A stretch of 60,755 bases of DNA, counting the filler, from Hausera hauseri (taxonomy: Eukaryota): assembly GCA_046269625.1 (NCBI GenBank). It is 12 parts of 12 records of this genome, joined end to end, with 100 filler letters (N's around TTAATTAATTAA, not from the genome) between each part and the next. Parts side by side here need not be neighbours in the genome. Positions count along the whole stretch, not along the records: positions 1 to 5,565 come from JBJURY010230184.1; positions 5,666 to 9,709 come from JBJURY010797646.1; positions 9,810 to 14,341 come from JBJURY010539231.1; 9 more parts are not named here. The stretch is one strand, 5' to 3'. Each line of letters begins with the position of its first letter. Within the stretch, counting starts at the first letter, position 1. Positions 1-12,601 of this stretch are shown here, in pieces. The notes below the pieces were generated by a model. It was not told the DNA's origin. It did no database searches and was given only the letters and a program-made list of their open reading frames with translations. A program made the position numbers and the translations under genes.

Positions 1-1893
1 CAGCCCTATTAGCCGTACATGTGTGTATCATTTTTTCTACCCCATGACTCACCCGTGAACCACATCATTTTTCCTTTCCTGGGGGGTGGGTATTGGCAGA
101 ATGCGCTCACATCCTACTACTTTCTACAATATTTTTATAAAAAGCATTTATTATGTCACGTTAAACAAATTTCCTTATTAATTTCTAACATTTAAATTTA
201 ACGACACTTTAGTTTGGCAAATTAGGCTCTAAAAATTTGTTATAAAGACAAACATTTACATGCTTTATGCAAAGTTACTCAGCATTCCATGGGGCTTTTA
301 ACTTAACTGATATATGATATCATACCAACCTGCCAGTTAGGATTAACAAACACCCAGCTATTTAAAATAATAATAATCCTTATTGCTTATATTTAAACAT
401 ATGGACTAATTCGAAACCAGAAATGTACTATGATTTACAAGATGTAAGAATATAAATCTGTTTAAATGTACCGACAAATTTTGTCGGGTTCCATGATGGC
501 AAACATCAATTCCCTTCCGAATGAATTAAGACTCAACTCAGTTTTCACCGAATAAACTCTGATCATAATCTCTCGGAGGGCGGATTCAATTTCTTTATTT
601 CAATCACTGATAACGATAGTAAAATTTCACAGTGCAACACTGTTTATTTTGTTACAGTAGTAATCGAATATTAATAACAACTCTTGTCTACCCGAACTGA
701 TGTCATCTTTATTCATGGGCCCATGTGTTCCGACGGTTTTGTTCATGTCGAATACTATTTCTTTCTCTGTATAGTTAGACAGTAGTCAAATACTGAATAA
801 TTCCTTTGAAAAAAATTCCTCTCTCGCAAGAAAGAGGTTTTCCGCTTTTATTTGACTGGAATTTCTCCTGGCACAACTATTCGAACTGATCAATAATTCT
901 ACAAAATGTTCCTGTTCTTGTAACTATTGCTCTACTATCGAGTAAACCAAATTTCCTCGTTGCTGAATGTATCTGGAAGAAATCAATTCAGTTAACATCT
1001 AAAGATTATGGAAATACCTGTAATCTATTCTACAAAAGGCTAATTTTCACAAAAATAGAATTTTTACGTTAATAATTCAATAGCAAAAATTTTGTGTCTG
1101 TCTCACTGACAGAAGCTTAAATATCGCTCGCTATGTAACTTTTAAATTTAGATTTGGTATTTCCAAATCTCATCATCCAATTATCGTCGGCCTTTTCCTC
1201 TCTGTGACAAAAATTGAAAAATTACTCGGTATTTATTTTAGAAATTCCAGATTTGTAATTTCCAAATTCCGCAATCCAATGATCGCAGGGTCTCTGGAGT
1301 AATTTAGATAATTGGAATGTCACTTGGTGATTCATTTTGGAAATTCCAGATTTGGATTGCTGGATAACACAATAACTCAATTTTGAAATTTCAAAATGAT
1401 GTTTTTCATGATTTTTTGCAAAATAATAAAATTAAATTTCTATGTTCAAATGTTTTTCAAATATAGAAATATGCAAAATACGTAATGCATTTTATGTTTG
1501 CAGGGCATCATAGTGTACTTTTCTTCGGGTTTGGTATTGGAAATGGCAATTGTACTCTATTTCATTGAGAATGGTGGTTGTAATGTTTTTAAAAAAATAT
1601 CGGTCGACACAATGATGCACGATATAAATTCCAAAAGCAATATGAGATCAAAAGTGGCTGTGGCAAAATTTTTTATTTAAACGTAAACTGCAAAATTAAT
1701 TATTTACATCATCTAAACAAATAGGCATAAAAAGTTGAAAACTGAAAGTAAAATCCGAATTAGACAACTGTTACACAACAAAAATCAATCAAAATTGAAG
1801 TGATTATTGATATAGAGGCAGAAAATTTCGTGAGCAAACAGTGGGAAATATCCTCATTATCATATAACATATACAGGAACACCATTTTTATTA

Positions 1894-2110
1894 TCAGTTG
1901 ACAAATTTGTAAATCAAATATCCACAGGCAGCAGATAAGAATCCCACGGCGGCACTGACACCCAACAGAAATTTCGTACGATCAGACGATACCAGACGAC
2001 CCAATCCCATACGATAAAGAAGACTTTCTCGAGCTAGATTTTGCTGGCGCATGTTTTGTCGAATATCTTTGACCATTTCACGGATACGTTCTTGTCGTTG
2101 TTCAAGAATA
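1894..2110 (-). CDS. C-terminal fragment of a putative tail-anchored protein (coiled-coil + terminal TM)
   Basis: Reads QRQERIREMVKDIRQNMRQQ...FLLGVSAAVGFLSAACGYLIYKFVN*: a charged helix followed by a hydrophobic segment at the extreme C-terminus; family not established. Confidence 0.3.
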
Positions 2111-2471
2111 AGTTTTTTTTACATCATTTGACACGGATGGTTGGAGAACTTGATTATTGAACGAATTTTCAATTGGCATATCTGATCTGTTATTAGCGTC
2201 CATGGAAATAGACAACGTTTTATTGATCGGTTTTTCTTCTTCGAATTATTGACTCGACAATACTTATCCGAGTCGCTTTCAAAGCATGACAAACTGTCTT
2301 CAGAAAAATTGGGATAAGTAAGTGTTTCTTTTAATAGTAAAATGTCACTACTCTGATCGGCTGTTGACTCAGAGGTAGATTTGACAGACTGTTTCGGAGA
2401 ATGAGCAATAATATTTAATTTCATTTTACAATTTGTGTATACATAATCCGTGTTGAAGTAATCGGGTTTGT

Positions 2472-2905
2472 TTAATGGAGTGCAGTTGCGTCATATCCGA
2501 TGGTTTTTGTCAAATGAGTCGTTTTCGTGTCTGCACTGTAATTCAGACCCGTTTCAATGAGTGCTTTGATACTGTATAGACTGGTGTTGCCTTCAATTTT
2601 GACGCTGCTTAGAGTCAGTGAAGCCTCCAGGAACAGCGTGAGGAAAAGGTAATTGGCAGGTGTGGCAGTGTCTGTTGCAGCGAGAACAGCTGATGCATCC
2701 TTTTTAACAATGACTTTTACATAAGTAGCGTATCGTTCAAATAGAGATATTCATTGTCCGATGCCATAATGCTGAACTTGATGTCAATGTTATCGTCCGT
2801 TAAAACCGAATCAACGTGGTAAATTTCTTCAAATGCTGCATTGTCAATAACACCTTGTGTCGCGGCTTTGTCAAATATACACAATTCAGATGTTGAAGAT
2901 GCCAT
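2472..2905 (-). pseudogene. Maverick/Polinton major capsid protein (PY, double jelly-roll) N-terminal fragment
   Basis: SELCIFDKAATQGVID...IKFSIMASDNEYLYLNDTLL, then after a frameshift YVKVIVKK...PANYLFLTLF...SLYSIKALIETGLNYSADTKTTHL. This matches the Maverick MCP pattern SELDLF..PPTQ...EYLDL..TLL...PVNN.LHSLF...Y.Y.AYIETLLNY. Confidence 0.8.
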
Positions 2906-2951
2906 TTGTTTATCAATCGAAAATCGTACGACAACGACGTTTGTTTATAGT

Positions 2952-3268
2952 TCAAAAGTTAGCTGATCTACCACGTTTTCTCAAGCCTCTACCAGCGAAT
3001 TGTTTTTTGACTAATTCAACGACTCCAGGTGCAGCGCTTTTTATTTCTGACAAGACGTGTTCCTTCAGTGATGGTAAAATCGATTTGGTTTCATATAGTA
3101 CATCCTGTGCTCTTTTGGTGCTGCAGCTCCAATACGCTTTAACACTGGAAATTCTAAACGTGCCAATGTACGCAACCATCCACAGCCACACTGTTTACCA
3201 ACAAAATATGGCAGTTCACCGGCTTGCTGGGGTTTACTTTAATAGGAAACAATTTCTGAATCAATCAT
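2952..3268 (-). pseudogene. Maverick small basic virion/core protein (PM-like) between penton and MCP
   Basis: QQAGELPYFVGKQCGCGWLRTLARLEFPVLKRIG... then frameshift to AQDVL...KQFAGRGLRKRGR. QxG/GxG motifs, amphipathic helix and basic tail in the canonical position upstream of MCP; one internal stop. Confidence 0.6.
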
Positions 3269-3500
3269 GTTGGTTTTGACGGAAATGAAGAGTTAGACTG
3301 CTTTTGATACCGTACGCAAATTCAGTAAGGTAGCCCGAGTCACATGGGATATTCACTTCAACATTGTTTATATATGTAGTTTCCACAAGCAGGTATATTG
3401 TATTATCGAGCTTGACAGTTACATTGTCGCCAGTAGCGGTACACGTACTCCACCCACCAAAATCGGTTCGGTGACGTTCACGTAAATGTACATTTGACTT
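3261..3500 (-). pseudogene. Maverick minor capsid protein (penton, PX) C-terminal fragment
   Basis: QMYIYVNVTEPILVGGVRVPLL, then frameshift to GDNVTVKLDNTIYLLV...VEVNIPCDSG...FAYGIKSSLTLHFRQ; matches penton consensus LYVYCDIVEP..VGD...PLLR...Y.PV....IEI.I.DDTG..V.F..G....TLHFR. Confidence 0.75.
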
Positions 3501-3899
3501 AGTTTTCAGTTTGGATTTAAGTGTTGAAACATGTGCCTTCGTATTCGCCTCAAACAAATGTTTTTCAAAACTCAATACCATGGCTGTGGTGCCCACTGTG
3601 GCATATGCCCTTTGGCCCATTTTGGTTGGGCACGGCCGGGCGTTTCGTTATCACCGCGCCGGACCTATAGTCGGGTCCGACTCTCAGCCTGAAAAGTTTT
3701 ATCCACTGGATTTGACGAAAGGTTACCAGAAAGTTTTAAAACAATGACGATGTACTGTTCAAGAATGAATCGCGATAATTATGATCTCCTGTCAGGCGAA
3801 GAGTTGCTGAAGAAAACTAAGATCTCTTAAGTTGGAAATCCGTTTCACCGCAAAATATCGACAAACATTCAATGAATCCCTACTTACTTTACAACCTCA

Positions 3900-3995
3900 T
3901 ACCGCAGATGATTTACCAGCACTGAACAATGGCGATGAATATATTTATACATGTGATGTTGAGTAGAGTATTATCGACGATAAGACTGCTAGTAT
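3900..3995 (+). pseudogene. possible second, oppositely oriented penton fragment
   Basis: ADDLPALNNGDEYIYTCDVE*SIIDDKTASI resembles the penton DL.GG...LYVYCDIVE.QIVGD motif; short and degenerate. Confidence 0.3.
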
Positions 3996-5379
3996 ATGTT
4001 GCGACGTATACGTTGGTGTGACTTTGTTGTTGTATTTTGTAGTTGGTTAGTTGCGTCGGCAACTCGTGCCTCCGTGTTCAACATTCTCTCTCTGCATTTG
4101 TCTATCTCTCTATCTCTCTGTGCCAAACAATTGACTCCGACAGCGTAATGTTTTAAAGCGTAAATCAGATTTTATGTATCAAAATGTTTATCTTTCCTAC
4201 GTCTTTTCTTGTACATAATTTATTTGCGTCATGTACGGTTTATTTTCATGCATAAAACAACCGATCTATCCGCATTTTCCCGTCTTATTCCGCTTTGTTG
4301 TATAGAATTGTTAATTGCAACACATTCACCTTACCGGACTATTTTGATCATATTTTTTACGGTATTCAAAAATTAAAACTATATATGGGAAAATGCCCAT
4401 ATTATACACAAATTGATTTAAACGATATTTTTAACATAGTATTTGTTGTTTATGGAAAGATGACCATGTTGAAAAGCCAATATTAAATTTTTGTTTCTTA
4501 TACTGCATTTCTTATACTTTAGTAATTGGGAATTATACGTTAACCTTTTGCAATTATATTATTTTAATTATCAAATGAAGCATATGACTTTTAACGAAAT
4601 TCACAGTAATGATAAATGTTCAAAAGTGCCGTCGAATTGGCCAGACAAAACTAAAGAATCGAACAAGGAGCTATGGAATTAAAGAAAATAACTAAGGATA
4701 TAACTAATCGATTTTTATTGTACCCCGTATTTTTGGTCGTTGCAACAATCCTTCAATTATGGGATCTAATAATAACGTTTGGAATCCCAACCGGTATAAA
4801 TTACCTATCAATTGCGACAAAATTTCGTATGCTGTTTCTGGATATGAAATTGGGCACTAATTACATCAACCCCATGAAGAAGAAACTTAATAATATAAAA
4901 CAATATTATTTTTCTGTTTAAAAAGTCGCCCTTACTGAAAATTGATAAAAATGTTGGGAGGAACAAGTTTACGTTTGGGGACAAACCGGCTCTGCCAATA
5001 ATTACGGGTAATAAAGTAGTATTATCCAGATTTATTTTGGTCCAGGAGAAATCAGTGAGAATCATATTATTACACAGGAGGCTCCATAATTAAGTGCGAT
5101 TTTTATCACGAAATGTTAAGTTATTTCTGAATATCTTTATTTTTTATCGCCATACTTAGTTTAGAATCACAATGGAAGTTGTTTAAATTCACAGATATTT
5201 TCTACCACAAGCAATAATATTTGTAAGATCTTGACGAAGGTGCAAGAGTTCTTTCTTAAAAGTGGAGCGTTGTAAATTTGACAGAGTTCGAAAAAATTCT
5301 TCATTTCGTCTTCCGTATGGAATGTTGTTATGTTTCAATTAATTAGAATGGAGGACTTGGCACCAACCCCCCCCCCCGC

Positions 5380-5500
5380 AGGGAAGGAAGGAAGCCAATG
5401 GGAGGAGAACACGTCATCGAGGGAAGGGAAACTGGCAAATGGGAAGAGGACACGTCATCGCGGGGTGAGGAAAACTGACCAATCAGGAAGGGAAGCTGGT
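5380..5500 (+). promoter_or_regulatory. short direct repeats carrying CCAAT-like boxes and ACACGTCATCG (CRE half-site) motifs
   Basis: Two ~40-bp copies (caatgggaggagaacacgtcatcg / caaatgggaagaggacacgtcatcg) plus a further ccaatca; function inferred only from motif content. Confidence 0.3.
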
Positions 5501-5565
5501 GCCAAGTGGGTTTGACTATAGAACAAAGCATTATCTGTTGGTGCCAACTGGGTTTCACTATTCCC

Positions 5566-5665
5566 NNNNNNNNNNNNNNNNNNNNNNNNNNNNNNNNNNN
5601 NNNNNNNNNTTAATTAATTAANNNNNNNNNNNNNNNNNNNNNNNNNNNNNNNNNNNNNNNNNNNN
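5566..5665. other. artificial contig linker
   Basis: 44 N + TTAATTAATTAA (stops in all six frames) + 44 N. Confidence 0.99.
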
Positions 5666-6001
5666 CCTAATTATCGATTTTTGATTTTTCGAAAATCCAA
5701 TATTATTGATTTTTGCACACTTGCACATGTGCTGCACACTTGAACTTGCACCAATCGATGTGCACTCATGTGCATTATCGACTAGCACAAAACGCATATT
5801 GATTCGATCAATAGTGCACTGTGCAGAGATCGATTTGTGAAAAGTACAAAAATGTTCATACCAACGGTGCCTAACGGCACCGTTGCTAGGCACTCTTTGA
5901 ATCGATAGTGCTCCGGGTGCATTACTGATCGGCACATGTACAAAATCGATTTATCGATTATCCCCCTCCCGATGGTTCAGAACCGCCATTTTCACACTAC
6001 T
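5666..6001 (-). mobile_element. Maverick/Polinton-type terminal inverted repeat (5'-AGTAGTGTGAAAATGGCGGTTCTG...)
   Basis: The minus strand begins AGTAGT, a typical Polinton terminus. Rich in short palindromes (ATCGAT, GTGCAC, CAACGGTGCC..GGCACCGTTG). A diverged reverse-complement copy lies at 46615-46960. Confidence 0.6.
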
Positions 6002-6003
6002 AC

Positions 6004-9000
6004 ACGGGTTTTATCAAAAATCCAAAGATAGCGGCCAGTTGACGCGGCAGCATTAAAAAGAAAAGTCCGAAAATATGTCATTGATGCAACTGACCAAACA
6101 ACCATCAAGGAGTTCCTGGAGTACGCAGAGGAAGATACAGAGAGAATTCTCAGAGGCAACATAGCTGAGCTTAAGACCCTTAAGGTGAATATGAAACTGG
6201 AGGCCACATACATCAATGTTGATGGCGTGGAATCCAATAGAGACTTCAAGACCAAAAATAGGCCAATATTGGAGACGCACGAGAAGCTGATCCGTGTAGC
6301 CAATGAGAGCCAGGATAAGAAGAGTGGATGGACTCTGCCAACCATCAAGAGATTGCCTGTGTATGTTCACAAGTACTCTGCCATGCAGGCCAGCTCCTAT
6401 ATACAGCTTCCGGAATGGATCGCTAATAAAAATGCATGCATTAATGTCCTTAATGGTGACAACAAATGTTTCATATGTGCCGTTTTATGTAAACTCGTAC
6501 GGGATCAAAAACATGCAGCAGGTAGAGTTTGTCTATATAATGATCTGCAGCACAACTATGGCTTCTAATGTATTAAGTTTCCTCCATCCTTTGACGAAAT
6601 TAATAAGTTTAGTCGAGTCAACAATATATCCATTAACATCATCTGATTGGATGATGAGAACAACTTCTATCCCCTGCAGATATGCGATACTAAATTGGAA
6701 GATCATAGGGATCTGCGCCTAATAGACGATGGAGAAAAGAAACATGTTTGGATAAAAAACTTTGAGCATCTAGTCAGATCTCAAATTACCAAACGCACAA
6801 CAAGAATCGAAATATGCAAACGATGCTTTTTCCATTTCAGAGGCGATGAGGCCGTGGACAAGCTTGAAGAGCACAAAATGTACTGCAGCAACAATTACTG
6901 TATCAGGACAGATTTTCCCAAAGATTACTACATTGAATTCAAAGAGTTCGAGAAGAATATCAAGGTCCCAATAGTTATCTATTGCGACTTTAAAGCTATT
7001 CTGTGTCCAGTTCAGAGTTGCAGTCCTAATTCCCAACACAGCAGCACAACGGCATTCCAATATCATGAACTCTCATCATATTGTATGTATGCCAAAGGAT
7101 TGAACAGTGAACTATATCTATTCAGAGGTTCAGGCGCAGCAGCACATTTCATAAAACGACTTGAAGATATGGCTCATAAGCTTGAGCGATATGTTGCAGC
7201 AGCATAAGCATATAATGAGCATGTCGAAAAAGCAAGAAGAAGAATGGCGCAAGGCAACAACATGTTACTTGTGCTCCAAATCATTCACTAAAAAGAATCA
7301 TAAAGTCAAGGATCATTGACATTTTACAGGCAAATATCGAGGCGCAGTATGCAACAACTGCAATCTGCGGTGAAACATATGTACGTATGTGCCTGTAGTG
7401 TTCCATAATCTCAGTGGCTATGACTCCCATTTTATTGTTCGGGAACTGGGAAACATTGAGGGAAACATTGATGGATCCCTAATAGTGAGGAAAAATCAAA
7501 AATCAGGCTTCACTTCATAGACAGTTTACGTTTCATGTCGTCTTCACTTGACAGTTTAGTGAAGAACCTCCTTGCAGAAGAACTCAAGGAGACGAAGCGA
7601 TTCTTACCCACTGCTTTTGACATCGTCAAGAAAAAAGTCGTGTTTCCCTATAACTACATAACCTCATGGTAAACACTGGATGAGATCTCATTGCCGGCCA
7701 ATAAGGACTTTTACAATATTATCTCTGATTGCGACATCAGTGATGCCGACTACCAGCATGCCTAGAACGTCTGACAAGCATTCCAATGTCGAACGTTAGC
7801 GGAATACAGCGACATATACCTCAAGAGGGACGTGCTGCTGCTGACGGATGTCTTTGAGAGCTTCAGGGATGTTATAGTGAAAATATATGCTTTGGATTTG
7901 GCTCATTTCTTTACGGCTCCAGTATGAGTTTGGCAACAAGTCTGCGCTATACTGGTATTAAGCTGCACATCATAAAGGATTACGACATGATCCTCATGAT
8001 TGAGAGAGGCATTAGAGGCGGAATATGCCAGGACATTTACCGGTATAGCGGAGACAACAACAAGTATATGGCCCAGTATAATCCATCCAGAGAATCCTCA
8101 TATATATCATACCTGGATGCCAACAACTTGTATGGATGGGCAATGAGCAACCCATTGCAATATGATAACTTCAAATGGGTCCAGAATCCTGAAAACATGC
8201 CTATATTTGACATAGATCCCACTGGAGATACGGGATACATACTGGCGTTAGATATGGAATATCCGGCTTAAATTCACACAAGGCATCAACAGCTGCCTTT
8301 GCTCCTTGAGAGCAGGCCTCCGCCCCGTGGAAAGCACAGAAAGCTCCTCTGTCATCTGAGTAATAAGGAGAGGTATTTACTTCACTATATCAATCTCCAG
8401 CAGGCCGTTAGACATGAACTTCGCATTACTATGATCCAGAGAGCCCTGCAGTTCAACCAGTCCATGTGGCTGCAGTCATACATAGATCTCAATACGAAGC
8501 TGCGGATTAATGCCAAGAACGACTTTGAGAAAGATCAATTCAAATGATATAATAACAGCGTTTTTGACAAGACCATGGAGACTATCCTCAACAGTATCAA
8601 CATTGAGCTAGTATGTAACTGGAAACGAGCATAGATGCTCATTGCCAAGCCTAACTTCCATAGCAGCACTATATATACTGAGAACGTGGTCATCATCCAT
8701 GTGCTGAAAACAGCATTGGTATTCAACCGGCCATATATGTGGGTATGGCAATATTGGATCTATCAAAGATCTTGATATACAGATTCCATTATGACATCAT
8801 CATCCCCATGTTTAAGTCTATGCAGCTGATGTATATGGATACTCATAGTTTCATCTATCAGATCCATACACATGATATTTATCAGGACTTTTTCCAATTG
8901 GCCAAACATAAGGATACCTCGGACTATCCGAAGGAATATCCCACCTATTCAATTGCCAAATAATGAAGTTCTTAGTAAATTCAAAGACGAGATGAATGGA

Positions 9001-9140
9001 GCAATCATCTCGCGATTTGTAGCTCTTAGGTCCAAAATGTATGCAATTCATGTATGTGATCAGATCAAAAAGAGAGCCAATGGCGTTCAAAAGGCTACAC
9101 TGGTCAAAAAGATCCGTTTTCAGGATATAGTATAAAGCCA
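6004..9140 (+). pseudogene. Maverick/adintovirus protein-primed DNA polymerase B (vOTU-like + EndoVII/HNH insert + exo + pol), many stops/frameshifts
   Basis: Motifs in order: SGWTL...SSYIQLPEWIANKNACINVLNGDNKCF; IVIYCDFKAIL; VKDH*HFTGKYRGAVCNNCNL; VVFHNLSGYDSHFI; FIDSLRFMSSSLDSLVKNL; GIRGGI; YLDANNLYGWAMS; KNDFEKDQFK; YMDTHSF; FVALRSKMY. Confidence 0.92.
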
Positions 9141-9229
9141 AGTAAAACTAAGTAACTACTATATATGTTAAGGCCAACTAATATCATAACACATTTATTT
9201 AGTAACAATATAACTTTTATATAACGCTA

Positions 9230-9700
9230 AACACTTTTAGTGTGTGTGCGCTTGTCTGTGCTTGTAAAATGTAAGTAACATGATAAAAGGTATATCATAT
9301 ATATATGTCAGTATGCTTGTACATGTAAAATGTAAGTAACTTGAGAAATGAATGATTAAAATATATGGTGTGTGCTTGTGTGCATGTCTGTGCATGTAAA
9401 GTGCAACTAACATGAAAAAAGGTATATCTCAAGTATATGTCAGTGTGTGTGTGCTTGTGTGCATGTGCATGTATGTGTATGTAACGTGCAACTAACCTGA
9501 GAAAGGGTATATCTCAGATATATGTTAGTGTGTTTGCCTGTGAGTGTTTTTCTGAGCTTGTAAAATGTAAGTGACCTGAGAAAATGTAGAGCTCAGATAT
9601 ATGTATGTGCATGTATGTAAAATGCAACTAACTTGGGAAAATGTATAGCTCAGTTATATGTCTGTATGCTTGTGCATGTGTGTAAAATACAAGTAATATT
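9230..9700. repeat. degenerate tandem repeat, ~55-90 bp units
   Basis: Recurrent gtgcatg...gtaaaatg(t/c)aa(g/c)taac(t/c)tgagaaa.ggtatatctcagatatatgt, about 6-7 copies. Confidence 0.75.
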
Positions 9701-9709
9701 TAGCTAATA

Positions 9710-9809
9710 NNNNNNNNNNNNNNNNNNNNNNNNNNNNNNNNNNNNNNNNNNNNTTAATTAATTAANNNNNNNNNNNNNNNNNNNNNNNNNNNNNNNNNNN
9801 NNNNNNNNN
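9710..9809. other. artificial contig linker
   Basis: N44-TTAATTAATTAA-N44. Confidence 0.99.
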
Positions 9810-10205
9810 AATCGATGATGGCCTATTCGATTTCCACGCCGAACTTATTAACCGATGATTCAAACATATTCTTTTCATCAAAAAAGAATCTACTTCAAGC
9901 TACGAATACAAACGATATGACTGCAAGGATAAATCCCAAAGGTTCTCATTGAGAAATAAGAAAAACTCTGATCCACTGCAAAATGACGGAGGATTGATTC
10001 AGGAAAAAGAAGCAAAGTAGCTGATGAGAGAAAACGAAGATAAACACGTTCCGTATCTCCTTCGCCGATGGGTTCCAGCGACGAATTGATACCAGCTTGC
10101 TGCAGAAACCACAAATTAGTCGGAAAAAAGTGTCAACAGCAACCGTAATGCTATTTGAGTTTCCGCAATTTGACGAAAGAAATTTCACACTTATCAATAT
10201 TTCAG

Positions 10206-10490
10206 TGGTGCGAATAACAGAAGATTGATTAGAAAGCGTTCTGAACACAATGAAGGGGAAATATTCTCCTTGGAAGAATTATCATTACATAAAGACATTG
10301 GAAAAATTGAATATATTGATAAATGGTGCCGAGAGCTGAAAATTCTCTATTTACAGAATAATCTAATTAGCAAAATAGAAAATGTTGACCGATTATCGAA
10401 ATTGGAGAATATCGATTTAGCGCTGAATAATGTTGAAATTATTGAAAATTTGGAACTGTGAATCATTGAAAAAATAAACCTGTTATTTTA
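10206..10490 (+). pseudogene. LRRC6: LRRC6/DNAAF11 (TilB) N-terminal LRR fragment, frameshifted
   Basis: VRITED(fs)[53 protein letters not shown]...[13 protein letters not shown](fs)CESLKK closely follows the conserved LRRC6 N-terminus ITEDLIRR.AEHN...[39 protein letters not shown]. Confidence 0.85.
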
Positions 10491-12601
10491 TTCGAACAAT
10501 TTTATCCAGTAAATGATATCTCGAAAACAATTACTAATACAATATATAGATGTATCGGTTATGGACTGAAATTTGTTATGTTACGCTGTAAGATAAATTG
10601 TGATTTTGTTTACCTTAAACCCTGTGAAAACTCATTGGAATGTTTTCCTATTATGAAGTCTGTTAAAACCCAAACATCAATAACCTTAGAATGCTCTGGT
10701 TATAGATGGTTTGTAGATCGGGAGCTTTTGATTAAGAAAGAAGTGATAACAATTCAAGCTTCAGTTACTCTACCAGTACCACTTATGTTCAGAAAGGTAA
10801 CAAATTGTCGTGTATTGAATACATAAATAGAACGGACACAAAAGTGTATTTTAATGTCATGGTAACTTATGTATATGTCAAAGATGGTCAAAATATCAAT
10901 AATTCTTTTACCAGTAGTTGAAAAAAATCTATAAAGTTGAAATGGATATTCCATTGGGAAGTGATCAGAATTTAAAAATGTTTTATTGTTGCGTTACCAT
11001 TTTAAATGATTCGAATAACCTTATTTGTAAACCGAATTCAAATAGACAGTTGTATTTTTCAGACAGTGTTAAGGTATCGTATGAGCCACAGTTAAAAAAG
11101 GGCATTATAAACCATTTAGATCCACGAACGCGGATATTTTCTCAAATCTGCAATTTGACAAGAAATAGAAAATGTATAAATAGTTCGATTATTTTGGAAA
11201 TAATATAGAATAATATAAGCTGCTATAGCAGCTGAAAATAATGATGAAAATTGATCATAATTTGAATATAAATTAAAATTATGAAAATTGAATTTGTGAT
11301 ATCTGATTCAAAAGTCCGGATACGGATGAAATCAAACACATCAAATTTTATGAAAAACAGCAAAGGAATCATGAAAATTTATACATCAATTGAAAGAGAA
11401 AACTTTGGGGATCATGCATGTCGAATCTCACTCGGTAAGATGTTGATGAATGAGAGAAAAAGGTTCCAAAAACGTAGACGATGTAAATTGTCCCAATCGT
11501 CTCAATCACTTCAACAAATACAACATTATTTTCCATTAAAAGATTTCAATCAGAAAGGTTATAATTCTTTGACTGTTCCAGATATTTTACTGATGGTTGA
11601 ACTGAAAGATGAATGTGAAACTTATTAACGATATATTTGGTCATCTAAATGTCGCTGTGTCAATATGAAAAAATAATCAGTATTTATATTGGCCTGAGTT
11701 TGGGAAAAAGGCTTATGAAAGGACTTCAGAATGCCCCCAAAAGGTACGATCAAATCCTGAAAATATAAATTCGAAGTATGGTGGAATTGAAGACAGATTT
11801 CACGACGACGAATTAAATTATATAAATGGAAAGAACGGTTTTGATCTAATTGTTGGATGGATCAAGGACAATCCAACGGTTAGACGATTGTTTGCTCTGA
11901 ATACAATGTTCTGTAAACAATTTCATTTATCTATAGAAAAGGAAACACAAACAAGGTCAAAGGATCGACCACAAGTTCTAGCTGATTTAACAAAGAGAAT
12001 TGCGAACGGAACGGTGCTATCATCTATCGAGAGAGAGAATCTGTACATCAAAAAACGTTTGAAGGTGTTGTGTGATGTGTTTGCATGGATGTATGTCTGC
12101 TAAAACCCGTATGCATGTCTGGAGCCACAAAATTAATGGTGGAGAAAATCCCCCGGAGAGCAGCACTCCGAAAACAATGGCTAAGTGTGTTGCCAAAATT
12201 AATTTAGATGTTTTTTTATATTCTTATATATTTGATAGAGGGTCTAGGGGATTTCGGGGATTGGGAAAGAATTATGAATTACGTTTTATAAAGTTTGAAT
12301 CGGATTCAGAGATATTCGGATTTGAAATCAACACATGTAATCGTAAGACGAATACATGCGTGTGTAGTATTCTAATAAAAAAGACAGACGATCTCGTAGA
12401 GAAATTTAAAATCAAAGTATATTATTCGATTCGAAATCTTTCAATGAATAATAAAGATGTGTGTATATCAAAAGTGAGATTAAATGGGCCCAGGAGGAAA
12501 ATAATAAAGTTTACGCTGGGAAATGAGTTGGGGGTCAGACAAATTATTTGTTTAAAAGGAGTATTACGTAGTTTATTATATCATTACAATATGAAACATC
12601 C

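Noticed and set aside
5566-5665. Recurring TTAATTAATTAA flanked by Ns as a biological motif
   Set aside because: Identical 100-bp construct at all 11 gaps with stops in six frames; it is a concatenation linker
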